Shown here: piece by piece, positions 1-7,644 of the stretch
How positions within the stretch are numbered: position 1 is the first letter of the stretch
How the letters are laid out: every line of letters starts with the position of its first letter
IMG/VR virus record: IMGVR_UViG_3300045135_000357
Coordinates: 1 to 59,760 of that record
DNA length: 59,760 bases
Reading direction: 5' to 3' (one strand)
Source of the DNA: a virus
Lineage: Duplodnaviria > Caudoviricetes
Program-made: the position numbers and the translations under genes
Notes under the pieces: model-generated
Told to the model about the DNA's origin: nothing
The model's database searches: none
What the model saw: the letters and a program-made list of their open reading frames with translations, nothing else

Positions 1-977
1 TTATACTGCGCCTTCAGCTGCGCATCAGTTTCGGCCTCGTTGTATAGCGATCTGATATATAGCGTCATCGCCAATGCCAGATGCAGACGCATCGGGTGTT
101 CCTCGTCGGCAATCACATCACGTGCTAGCTTGTCAGTGAACATATGCTGAATGTCCCAGCGCCCGATTAGTTCGACTTTGTTAACCTCGGCCCACTCGTT
201 CATCTGGTTGCGCATGTCGTTGCGATACGAGTAGTCCCGCACATGCAGCATGGGTGCGATAGCAAACGCCCAGTCACGGAAGGTTTCGATGTGTGGTTTC
301 AGCATAGCTTTGCGTTCTTTATCCACACGCACCTTCGGTGGCACGGGGACGTCGTTACCACCATCGACCCACTTGAACGCGCCGTCCACGAGACGGAATG
401 TAAGTGATGCCTTGTCGTCCTGTGCCATGGCCCACTCGGCGCGCTTCGTGACGTAGTGCGACTTCGGGCTTTGTTTGGCGTCTGCTTGTATCTTGTCATA
501 TAGCGCACGGGGCACGGTGCGGGTCTTGGCGAGGAAGTATGCCTGCCCACCTGCGCTGATGAAGTGCTTGCCGTTGCGGTTGATGAAGCTGAGACCCCAT
601 GGTGTATGACGCCACAGGAACGCGTAGCGCATGTTGTGTTGATACGGACCCCAACCGTTGCGCAGTGTAACTTCTTCTGTTCCGTCACGATACTTGCGCC
701 ACACGATGGGTGCATACTTCTCCATGTCCTTGAGTGTTGGTCGGTATTTCGCATTAAACCAGTGGTAGTGGCCGAAGTGCTCGTCACCCATGTGGTATCC
801 GTCCGACAGGGCGTAGCAGTAGTCGCTGATCTTGACGATGCGCTCATACTTGCGCTTGCGGTCGCCGATGGGGCGGATGTCCTTGCCCTTGTTAGCTGCG
901 CCGCCGAGCGGCTTGATGTTGTTATAGTATGCTTCGACTTCTGCGAAGTTGCTAAACGATGTAAATGTACGTGCCAT
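1..977 (-). CDS. Hypothetical early phage protein, 3'-truncated by the window edge (>=325 aa, MARTFTSFSNFAEVEAYYNNIKPLGG...)
   Basis: Not in the ORF track because it has no stop codon in the window. Manual translation from ATG at 977 stays open to base 1; SD AGGAG 6 nt upstream. Confidence 0.85.
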   Translation of the reverse strand, partial: MARTFTSFSNFAEVEAYYNNIKPLGGAANKGKDIRPIGDRKRKYERIVKISDYCYALSDGYHMGDEHFGHYHWFNAKYRPTLKDMEKYAPIVWRKYRDGTEEVTLRNGWGPYQHNMRYAFLWRHTPWGLSFINRNGKHFISAGGQAYFLAKTRTVPRALYDKIQADAKQSPKSHYVTKRAEWAMAQDDKASLTFRLVDGAFKWVDGGNDVPVPPKVRVDKERKAMLKPHIETFRDWAFAIAPMLHVRDYSYRNDMRNQMNEWAEVNKVELIGRWDIQHMFTDKLARDVIADEEHPMRLHLALAMTLYIRSLYNEAETDAQLKAQY

Positions 978-993
978 TCTTAGCTCCTAGTTT

Positions 994-1010
994 GTTAGTG
1001 TCGCACTAAC
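994..1010. promoter_or_regulatory. Conserved inverted repeat copy 1, GTTAGTG-tcg-CACTAAC
   Basis: Perfect 7-bp arms; contains the TAG stop of 1006..1422 and lies 5 nt upstream of the SD of the 977 gene. Confidence 0.85.
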
Positions 1011-1422
1011 CGAAGTTGTGCTTGATCTCGCGGCTCACACCGCACATGTCCCACAGGTATTCCCGCAGGTCTCCGTTGTCGTCATTCTCTATAAGTTCTT
1101 CCTCGATGTCCGGTGTCTCCTCTCCGATGCGATACTTCACCCACGCATACTGCATGTTTCTGTTATCGGCGAACTGCTCCGCCACCGCTTGCAGGTGCTC
1201 GTAACCCTGCACGTCCTCATACTCTTCATACCATTTCACACAGCCAATCTCCCACCACAGGCAGTATATGCCAGCCTCCTCGTCGTCGTGGTTATTCCAC
1301 GCCTCTGCGATGTTGTGCTTCTGCACACGCGGGTCCATGCAATACACAGCCCACACCTCGTCACGATCCTGCTTACGTGCGAAGGCGATAGCCAATAATA
1401 CTTCGCTTCTATATCCCATCAC
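1006..1422 (-). CDS. Hypothetical protein (138 aa)
   Basis: ATGA overlap with the upstream VWA gene; natural acidic/aromatic composition. Confidence 0.8.
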   Translation of the reverse strand: MMGYRSEVLLAIAFARKQDRDEVWAVYCMDPRVQKHNIAEAWNNHDDEEAGIYCLWWEIGCVKWYEEYEDVQGYEHLQAVAEQFADNRNMQYAWVKYRIGEETPDIEEELIENDDNGDLREYLWDMCGVSREIKHNFG

Positions 1423-2648
1423 ATGTCCCTCGATTTGATGTGCACGGTCTTGCCCACGTCAGGCTTGGCGCGCTCGTTATCCAACACAGTCCACAGCACG
1501 GGGTGGTGCCACTCACCCCAGCCACCGAACAGATAGCCATCAGTCAGCACGATCACAGCCTGTGCTTTGATCTGGTTGTCTTGTATATACTGCGGCACAC
1601 ATTCGACGTTGGTGCCACCGCCACCCTTGGGCTTGGTTGACTGCACGATGTTGTCCACCTCGGCACCCTCGTAGCGTTCATCACCTGCCACGTCCGTGTC
1701 CCAATACAGGATGCGGATAGCCTCGGGGTGCACAGTGTCCGCCACCTCTTTGATCTCGGCGAGGAACACACCCAGTTCACGCGCACCGATAGAGCCTGAC
1801 GTGTCAATGGCCACGACGATCTCGCCGATCTGCTCACTGATACCGCTTGGCATGTAGACACCCGCGCCGATGTAGCGACGGTTGGGCCTACGCCATGTCG
1901 AGTAGTCTGTGCCCTGACAAGTTGTCTGCACAAAGGCACGCAGCACCTCACGCCAGTCCACTTGTGGCTGAAGCAGTTCAACCATGTCACGGTCAGCACC
2001 ATTGCCCAGCTTGCCTGCGGCCAGCGCACCTTGGCGCACAGCTTCGTCGATCTCACGTGCGAGTTCGCGCTGCTCGTCTGCGGTCATAGCCTGCGCATCT
2101 TCCCATCCGTGCTCGTCGAAACCTTTACCGCTGCCATTTGGCATACCCTGTCCATCACCTTGTCCTGAGCCGTTACCCTGTCCTTGGCCTTGTTGCTTCA
2201 GGTCGTTGAACACCTGCGCGCTGTCCCACCCACGATACTTCTCATCGAAGCAGCCGATGTTGAGCGGCCCGTCCATGGTGGCGAACAGGTCCGCGTTGTC
2301 GTCCACCAGCTTGATGTTAATCACGTAGTCACACGCCATGTTGGCCAGCTGCGGGTCTTCGTCATACAGGTGCTTCCACGTTGTCAGGTGACGATACAGC
2401 TTGTGATACTCCTCGTGCAGCACAAGGAAGCGCAGCTGCCGGTCGTTGAGGTCGGCGATAAAGTCAGCACCGAACACCACGTCCTTGCCGTTCGTGTATG
2501 CTGTCGGACACTTGGATGCGTCATACTCGACGCGACGTGACCCGATCATCAGCACACCAGCCAGCGCCATGTATTTGGGGTTGGCCATGATGTCGATCAC
2601 GGCCTTCTGCACCCTCTGGTCTGGCGATAAGTTGTTCATCATTAACAT
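1419..2648 (-). CDS. Metallopeptidase-like (HExxH) plus VWA domain protein, DUF2201-like; partner of MoxR-type ATPase
   Basis: LHEEYH motif, TAYTNG, Gly/Gln linker, MIDAS DTSGS, GGGGT and LTDG; start reassigned to ATG 2648 after SD GAGGAG. Confidence 0.85.
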   Translation of the reverse strand: MLMMNNLSPDQRVQKAVIDIMANPKYMALAGVLMIGSRRVEYDASKCPTAYTNGKDVVFGADFIADLNDRQLRFLVLHEEYHKLYRHLTTWKHLYDEDPQLANMACDYVINIKLVDDNADLFATMDGPLNIGCFDEKYRGWDSAQVFNDLKQQGQGQGNGSGQGDGQGMPNGSGKGFDEHGWEDAQAMTADEQRELAREIDEAVRQGALAAGKLGNGADRDMVELLQPQVDWREVLRAFVQTTCQGTDYSTWRRPNRRYIGAGVYMPSGISEQIGEIVVAIDTSGSIGARELGVFLAEIKEVADTVHPEAIRILYWDTDVAGDERYEGAEVDNIVQSTKPKGGGGTNVECVPQYIQDNQIKAQAVIVLTDGYLFGGWGEWHHPVLWTVLDNERAKPDVGKTVHIKSRDM

Positions 2649-2659
2649 GTGTGTTCTCC

Positions 2660-2947
2660 TCACAGTCCTAGTATGCGTTTCCACCACGGCTTCTTCTCCA
2701 CCGTCGGTGCCTCGTCGTAAGTTGTTAGTGCGACACTAACAGTCTCGTATCGCTTGGGTTGCTTGTGCAGCTGCATGGAATAGATGCGCTGCGTTACTGC
2801 GCCGTGTGAACGGCCCAGCTGCTTGGCGATGTCCCAGTTGCTTGCACCCGTGTGATACATGTTGACGAGCGTATCCACTTCGTCGTCGGTCCACCGTGTG
2901 TTGGTGCGGCCTTCCTTGCGCTTGTATTTCTTCTGGTATGGTTTCAT
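2660..2947 (-). CDS. GcrA/Myb-like helix-turn-helix protein
   Basis: RWTDDEVDTLVNMYHTGASNWDIAKQLGRSHGAV resembles the GcrA N-terminal HTH; SD AGGAG; amphipathic C-terminus KKPWWKRILGL. Confidence 0.65.
   Translation of the reverse strand: MKPYQKKYKRKEGRTNTRWTDDEVDTLVNMYHTGASNWDIAKQLGRSHGAVTQRIYSMQLHKQPKRYETVSVALTTYDEAPTVEKKPWWKRILGL
2724..2740. promoter_or_regulatory. Conserved inverted repeat copy 2, GTTAGTG-cga-CACTAAC, inside a CDS
   Basis: Encodes VSVALT within the HTH gene; ~75 nt upstream of the VWA start. Confidence 0.8.
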
Positions 2948-2959
2948 TGGTCTGTCTCC

Positions 2960-4051
2960 TTAGCGTTTGTCTGCTGCGAAAAGGTAGTTGTTCTGCATGG
3001 CCCATGCGGTGAACTTCTTGTTGGTCATCACCATGGACTGCTTGGAATACTTGGGTGCACGGACACCGTTGGCGAACATACCCTGTGCTTCCTTGTCGAG
3101 GCGCACCATGTAGTCGAGCCACGCATCCACCCAGTCTTTCTCCAAAGATGCAAGGGTGCGATACACCACCATACACACGGCAGCTGCACTGTCTGGCACC
3201 TTGGCGTTCTTCGGGTCGTCCTTGATAGACTGCAAAGACGGAAGCTGGTCGGCCATCTTGACGAACGCCATCAGGTCCATCGCCGCACGATCACCGATAG
3301 TGCCCATGAGTGTGCCCGTCAGGGTCTGGTCATCGAACAGGTGGCGTTCTTTCAGGATGTCAGACGCAGCTTCGAGTGAGCGAGGCGTGACAAACGCAGC
3401 GCGCTGTGCCTTGGGGTGGAATATATACGGGTTATCATCGGGGTCGCGCACATCTTCGAACGACAAGAACAGCTGCGGGTTATCCTTACACCAACCAAGC
3501 AGGGTGTGATCCACGCCGTTGTTGATGCCCCACTCGATCCACTCCATGTTGCTCGGCTTGCGAGCGGTGATGACGGTGATGCGGTTCCGTGCATGTGGTG
3601 GTAACAAGTCACCGACACCCTCGGCCCCGAGGTTCGTGGTCGCAAAGATAATGCTGTCAGGGTGCAGCGTGTAACTGCCGATCTTGCGCTCCAACATGAG
3701 GCGCAGCAGTGCCAGCTTCACGGACGGGTTAGCCTTGCCATACTCGTCGATCATCAGGATGATGGGTGCCTTGATGTGCGCGCCCAACTCCTCGTTCGTT
3801 GCGTATGTGACGTAGCCCTGCCCGTCTGCTGTTGCGATGTTAGGCAGCGTGATGTCGCCCAAGTCCTTCGTGGTGCAGTCGAAGTAGCATGGCGTATGCG
3901 TGGGCAGGCGTTTAGCCAGTGCGGACAAGAGCGAGGACTTGCCCGTGCCCATGTGGCCTTGCACCAGTGAGGTGCGCTTGTGGCCTGTCGCTGCGATGAA
4001 CGCTTCGATCTGATCGAGGTTCAGCTGATACATTTGCTGTGCTGTAGTCAT
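2960..4051 (-). CDS. MoxR-like AAA+ ATPase
   Basis: Walker A GHMGTGKS, Walker B LMIDE, sensor FATTN, TPRS motif; start MTTAQQ at 4051 after SD AGGAG (alternative in-frame GTG at 4087). Confidence 0.85.
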   Translation of the reverse strand: MTTAQQMYQLNLDQIEAFIAATGHKRTSLVQGHMGTGKSSLLSALAKRLPTHTPCYFDCTTKDLGDITLPNIATADGQGYVTYATNEELGAHIKAPIILMIDEYGKANPSVKLALLRLMLERKIGSYTLHPDSIIFATTNLGAEGVGDLLPPHARNRITVITARKPSNMEWIEWGINNGVDHTLLGWCKDNPQLFLSFEDVRDPDDNPYIFHPKAQRAAFVTPRSLEAASDILKERHLFDDQTLTGTLMGTIGDRAAMDLMAFVKMADQLPSLQSIKDDPKNAKVPDSAAAVCMVVYRTLASLEKDWVDAWLDYMVRLDKEAQGMFANGVRAPKYSKQSMVMTNKKFTAWAMQNNYLFAADKR

Positions 4052-4100
4052 GGTAGTTCTCCTGTTTGTTTGCCGTGGCGTAGCCACGGGTTCTCCGTTT

Positions 4101-4118
4101 GTTAGTGGCGGCACTAAC
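4101..4118. promoter_or_regulatory. Conserved inverted repeat copy 3, GTTAGTG-gcgg-CACTAAC
   Basis: Intergenic; followed on the - strand by aaacGGAG. Confidence 0.85.
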
Positions 4119-4132
4119 ACCGCCTGTTAAGT

Positions 4133-5047
4133 TTACATGTCGAGCGAAGGCAGAGACTTGATCGCCTCGTCCACCGCACGTTTGGTTTCACGGCGCAGAT
4201 ACTCGTCCTCGCGCAGCGCACTCGGCGTCACACCTCGCATCGCGTCGTCCAGCTTGTCGGCCATAGCTGACATCTGACTGTCGTTGTTCACGTTGCACAC
4301 GCGCAGCAGCTCAATCATCTCGGCCACGTTATCGACCAGCGTGTCACGGAAGATTTTCTTCTGCTCGTGGTCGCCGTAGTCGAGCCGCTCGGACATGCGG
4401 GACAGCGCATCGTATGCACGTTTCCACACGTCGTTCATGGCGTTGCTGAGTTGAGTGCTGTAGTAGTTCGAGTAGTGCGCCTTGAGTTCTTCGGCTGCGT
4501 CGTTTTGCAGGTCGATGCGGAAGTCACCCGCGTCAGGCAGCGGGATATACGTCAGGCCAAAGCGAAACTTTTTGCGCAGGCTGTCGAGCGTGGGGTAGTC
4601 ATCACGCAGGAACAAGTCACCCAGCTTGGTTTGGGCTTGGCTGATCTCCCAGTCATACGCGTCGAGGAACAGCTGCACGAGCCGCTCGTATTCGTTCTGC
4701 AACGCGGTCATCTGCTCGTTGTATTTGAAATACTGCGCCGTAGGCAGCAGGCGCAGGCCGGTATCGGACCACGGCATTGTCATGGCGTAGTGCGCGTTGC
4801 GCAGGTTGGCCGTGAATTTCTGCACCGCGACGAGTTCGGCGCAGTCACCCAGCAGTTTCTTGTTCACCGCTGCGACACCTGCCGCTGCGTAGTTCTGCTG
4901 CGTGACGTCTTCCGATGCGCGCTTGTCTTTCTTGCGGCCCGTCCATGTGCTGATGCTGAGTTCGACGAGCATCGAGGACGACGAGATCGTGGGGGTGTGC
5001 GCCTCCGGTGCAGGAGTGAGCGGGTTGAGGTGAGCGACGTTTGTCAT
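4133..5047 (-). CDS. DUF3150-like phage protein (304 aa)
   Basis: MLVELSISTWTGRKKD, TMPWSDTGLRLLP and DYP motifs recalled from the family found next to phage AAA/VWA pairs; SD GGAG. Confidence 0.6.
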   Translation of the reverse strand: MTNVAHLNPLTPAPEAHTPTISSSSMLVELSISTWTGRKKDKRASEDVTQQNYAAAGVAAVNKKLLGDCAELVAVQKFTANLRNAHYAMTMPWSDTGLRLLPTAQYFKYNEQMTALQNEYERLVQLFLDAYDWEISQAQTKLGDLFLRDDYPTLDSLRKKFRFGLTYIPLPDAGDFRIDLQNDAAEELKAHYSNYYSTQLSNAMNDVWKRAYDALSRMSERLDYGDHEQKKIFRDTLVDNVAEMIELLRVCNVNNDSQMSAMADKLDDAMRGVTPSALREDEYLRRETKRAVDEAIKSLPSLDM

Positions 5048-5061
5048 GGTAGTTCTCCGTT

Positions 5062-5078
5062 GTTAGTGCCGCACTAAC
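5062..5078. promoter_or_regulatory. Conserved inverted repeat copy 4, GTTAGTG-ccg-CACTAAC
   Basis: 3 nt upstream of SD GGAG of the 5047 gene. Confidence 0.85.
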
Positions 5079-5146
5079 AAGTGGCGGCGTTTGGTGGTTG
5101 AGATTTGGTGTCTCGTGGTAGGCGGTTATTTTTATTGTTATATCTT

Positions 5147-5175
5147 ATCATACCATAGTGCGCCCACTATGGCAA
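5147..5175 (-). promoter_or_regulatory. Sigma70-type promoter TTGCCA-N17-TATGAT
   Basis: Reverse complement reads TTGCCA TAGTGGGCGCACTATGG TATGAT; intergenic and oriented toward the DUF3150-AAA-VWA genes. Confidence 0.75.
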
Positions 5176-5195
5176 AGTTGTGGGCCTCGAACTCC

Positions 5196-5408
5196 CTATC
5201 TTACCTTCTGGTTCAGGTGCTTGAGTTCTTCCTTGCGTGTCACGCGGGTGTAGTGCCCCTTCGGGGTCGGCACGATGCACCATCCCATCCGTGCTTCACG
5301 CGCTGCTTCTTCGCCGCAGGTGAGGCAGGTGTTGTAGCCGAGGGCCTTCCTTTTGGGGTGGTATGTCTCCCCGCACTCGATGCACTCTGGTTTGTCATGC
5401 TGTGTCAT
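5196..5408 (-). CDS. Small C4 zinc-finger protein (DksA/TraR-like finger)
   Basis: CIECGETYHPKRKALGYNTCLTC; SD AGGAG. Confidence 0.65.
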   Translation of the reverse strand: MTQHDKPECIECGETYHPKRKALGYNTCLTCGEEAAREARMGWCIVPTPKGHYTRVTRKEELKHLNQKVR

Positions 5409-5704
5409 GCCATTTCTCCTTTGTTAGTGTCGGCACTAACAGGCACCAACATCTCCACGTCGTAACAGTCACACGCGAGGACGCCGTATTCGGCAGCGTC
5501 GTGGTAACGCGCGAAGTATGTCTCGTCTTTGATTGTGCCGATCAATGGCGCTTGGCCGTGGCCGATGTCGCGGACCGTGTCCGCAAGCCAGCGTTCGAAG
5601 GCAGAGCCTTCTTCCTCGTCGAGGCCGCTGATGTCGCCGTAAAGCACAGGGCAAATCCAGTGGGCAGGCAGGCTCAGGGTGATGTGTTCGAAGCGCGTAG
5701 TCAT
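5405..5704 (-). CDS. Hypothetical protein (99 aa)
   Basis: SD AGGAG; ATGA overlap with the downstream gene. Confidence 0.75.
   Translation of the reverse strand: MTTRFEHITLSLPAHWICPVLYGDISGLDEEEGSAFERWLADTVRDIGHGQAPLIGTIKDETYFARYHDAAEYGVLACDCYDVEMLVPVSADTNKGEMA
5423..5440. promoter_or_regulatory. Conserved inverted repeat copy 5, GTTAGTG-tcgg-CACTAAC, inside the end of a CDS
   Basis: Encodes VSADTN; 2 nt upstream of SD AGGAG of the zinc-finger gene. Confidence 0.85.
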
Positions 5705-5745
5705 ATCTTATCTCCTATTTGTGGTCTCGGGGCTTAGCCCCGATT

Positions 5746-5763
5746 GTTAGTGTCGGCACTAAC
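5746..5763. promoter_or_regulatory. Conserved inverted repeat copy 6, GTTAGTG-tcgg-CACTAAC
   Basis: Intergenic; followed on the - strand by a second hairpin TCGGGGC-taa-GCCCCGA and then the SD. Confidence 0.85.
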
Positions 5764-5768
5764 ATGCC

Positions 5769-6020
5769 TTATTCCTGTGCCCAGCGTTTGGGCGTGTTGG
5801 GGTCGCGGCGCATGGGGTTGTTGCGCGTGGCGCGCTTGGGCGGGGTGATCGACGCATCCGCACGTTCTTCTCTGGCCCACTCGGCGCGGGTCGCCTTGCT
5901 GGTGCCGTGGTATCCGGCCTTGACGCGGTGGATGAAGAACTTGCCTTGGGCCTCGCGGGCAACAGCGGCACGATAGTGCATGGCGCAGAACTTGCGTAAT
6001 TCCTCTTTGGTCATGGTCAT
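5769..6020 (-). CDS. Hypothetical basic protein (83 aa, MTMTKEELRKF...)
   Basis: Start reassigned to ATG 6020: SD GGAG and ATGA overlap with the stop of 6017..6217. Confidence 0.7.
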   Translation of the reverse strand: MTMTKEELRKFCAMHYRAAVAREAQGKFFIHRVKAGYHGTSKATRAEWAREERADASITPPKRATRNNPMRRDPNTPKRWAQE

Positions 6021-6217
6021 TCTCCGTTCATGGCGGCTTCTAGGGCCAGCATTTCTCTGAGGGCAGCTTGGACGCGACGCGAGGCGGTATCGAACGCTTC
6101 GATCTCCAACGCGTCCTGCGCATCTTGCAACAGGGCGCGAACCCACGTTGATTTTGAGCGCACCAGCATTCGGGTTTCGGCGTGGTCCCAGTGGGCAAGT
6201 ATCTCAGCATCAGTCAT
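6017..6217 (-). CDS. Hypothetical protein (66 aa)
   Basis: SD AGGA; first gene after the 6314-6342 promoter. Confidence 0.75.
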   Translation of the reverse strand: MTDAEILAHWDHAETRMLVRSKSTWVRALLQDAQDALEIEAFDTASRRVQAALREMLALEAAMNGE

Positions 6218-6231
6218 ATCTTGTATCCTTT

Positions 6232-6248
6232 GTTAGTGCGGCACTAAC
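6232..6248. promoter_or_regulatory. Conserved inverted repeat copy 7, GTTAGTG-cgg-CACTAAC
   Basis: 2 nt upstream of SD AGGA of the 6217 gene. Confidence 0.85.
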
Positions 6249-6313
6249 AGTGCGGCGGGGTGGAAGCTGGTAGTGGTTAGTGTTAAGCGGTTAGTTTTGG
6301 TGGTATTTCTTAT

Positions 6314-6342
6314 AGAATACCGCAAGTGGACCACTATGTCAA
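6314..6342 (-). promoter_or_regulatory. Sigma70-type promoter TTGACA-N17-TATTCT
   Basis: Consensus -35, 17-nt spacer TAGTGGTCCACTTGCGG, TAnnnT -10. Confidence 0.8.
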
Positions 6343-6360
6343 ATGTTTGGCCTATCAGGC

Positions 6361-6657
6361 GGTGGTATCTGGTGGTATCTGGTGTAATGTCGCTGAATGT
6401 CGCAAGATGTCGTAGGTAGAGGGTCTGTAAGTGTATGAAAATAAAAGAATGTTCATAAATAATAAATGTTCCTAAAATTGTATACTCATGTTTGACGCGG
6501 ATATTTGGGGGGAATCGGCCCCAGCCCCTGCCTTAGTTTCGGTGCCTCAAAATCCGAGGACACTACCTTACCCCCCCGACATTAGGAACATTTCGTAAAA
6601 TCAATGGGTTACAAGGGGTCCTACCACCGACATTAGCGACATTATCACGGATACCAC
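6361..6657. repeat. Long imperfect inverted repeat with iterated ATGTCG/AATGTTC motifs; candidate replication origin
   Basis: Left arm ~6372-6454 mirrors right arm ~6585-6657; ATGTCG at 6387, 6397, 6407; CGACATT at 6577, 6628, 6637; IHF consensus WATCAA-N4-TTR at 6599-6611. Confidence 0.6.
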
Positions 6658-6721
6658 TATTTACCATTTCCTGATAGGCAGTTTTGGGGGGTCCGAACCC
6701 GTGCCTTCTCCCCGAACTATC

Positions 6722-7009
6722 AGGCGCTATGCAACTCTAAGAACTGGCATCGTTTGTTAGTGTCGGCACTAACAGTAAAACGGAACATTACTTTCTTATC
6801 AACGTATTAGCACAAACCGCTTATTGACGAGTTGTCAGGCGCTACGCAACTCTAGGAACTGGCATCAGTTGTTAGTGTAACACTAACAAAAAAAGCCCCG
6901 CGCGAGGCGGGGCAGTGGGCAGTGGTAGGCAATGTAGTAGAACCATAGCATAGTGCTAGGCGCTGCGCAACTCTAAGAACTGGCATCGTTTGTTAGTGCG
7001 GCACTAACA
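6722..7009. repeat. Three-copy 52-53 bp direct repeat with unique 62 and 69 bp spacers; each copy ends in the conserved inverted repeat (copies 8-10)
   Basis: AGGCGCTRYGCAACTCTARGAACTGGCATCRKTTGTTAGTG-N3-4-CACTAACA at 6722-6774, 6837-6888 and 6958-7009. Confidence 0.9.
6888..6913 (-). terminator. Intrinsic terminator inside array spacer 2
   Basis: GCCCCGC-ctcgc-GCGGGGC followed by T7 on the - strand. Confidence 0.75.
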
Positions 7010-7022
7010 AATCAGCGGGCAC

Positions 7023-7054
7023 AAAAAAGCCCCACCCGCCGGAGCGGATGGGGC
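7023..7054 (-). terminator. Intrinsic terminator after the 174-aa gene
   Basis: GCCCCATCCGC-TCCG-GCGGGTGGGGC then T6; UNCG-type tetraloop on the - strand. Confidence 0.85.
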
Positions 7055-7061
7055 GAAGATG

Positions 7062-7586
7062 TTATTTGACCATCTTGTTTAGGTCGCGCAGCGCTTTGAG
7101 GAAAGCCGCGGCGTCGAACGTCAGTGCCTCGGCACCTTGGACGATCTTTTCAATCGTCTCGATCTGGGCGCGGATTTTGTCCTCTGGCGACTTGGGCGGC
7201 TGCGGTGCGCGCTTGTCATCGACGCCCTCGCGCTTTTCCAAGGCGCGCTTGAAGTCGTTCCGGCGTGCGCCGATCTGTTGCTGCCAGTAGCGACGATCCG
7301 CCTTGTCAGCGTCGCCAAGCGACTTGGCAGGCGCGGCCAAAAGTTTCTGCACCCGCGCCGTGAAGCCCGCGACAATCGCCGCGTTGATCTTCTCGAAGAT
7401 TTCCTCGGTCGCGGTTGATTCCCCGCCCTTGGACTTGGGCGAGATGAAGTCGGTCGACTTGAAATCTGCCGCGTGCAGCTCATCCGCGGCGCTTGCCATC
7501 TTGCGGGCTGCGCCCTCGACGGCCGCGACGGCGGTGGTGATGACCTTGAAGGCCGCGACGGCCTGCTTTTCGTTTGCGTTTGCCAT
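7062..7586 (-). CDS. Hypothetical Ala/Lys-rich protein (174 aa), apparently monocistronic early gene
   Basis: SD AGGAG, strong codon bias, own candidate promoter and terminator. Confidence 0.85.
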   Translation of the reverse strand: MANANEKQAVAAFKVITTAVAAVEGAARKMASAADELHAADFKSTDFISPKSKGGESTATEEIFEKINAAIVAGFTARVQKLLAAPAKSLGDADKADRRYWQQQIGARRNDFKRALEKREGVDDKRAPQPPKSPEDKIRAQIETIEKIVQGAEALTFDAAAFLKALRDLNKMVK

Positions 7587-7644
7587 GATGTAACTCCTAT
7601 CTCATAGCTAATAAACCGGTCGAACCGTTCGATCCGGTAAGTAA

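Noticed and set aside
250-983. ORF-track calls 250..456, 299..847 and 564..983
   Set aside because: Shadows of the real - strand CDS starting at 977 and running off the window.
6744-6760. Sigma54 promoter in the repeat (CTGGCATCGTTTGT)
   Set aside because: TGGCA-to-TTG spacing is 2 nt short of the -24/-12 consensus and the conserved GC is missing.
6722-7009. Canonical CRISPR array
   Set aside because: Repeats (52-53 bp) and spacers (62, 69 bp) are too long, there are only three units, one spacer contains a terminator, the central loop varies, and no cas operon is present.
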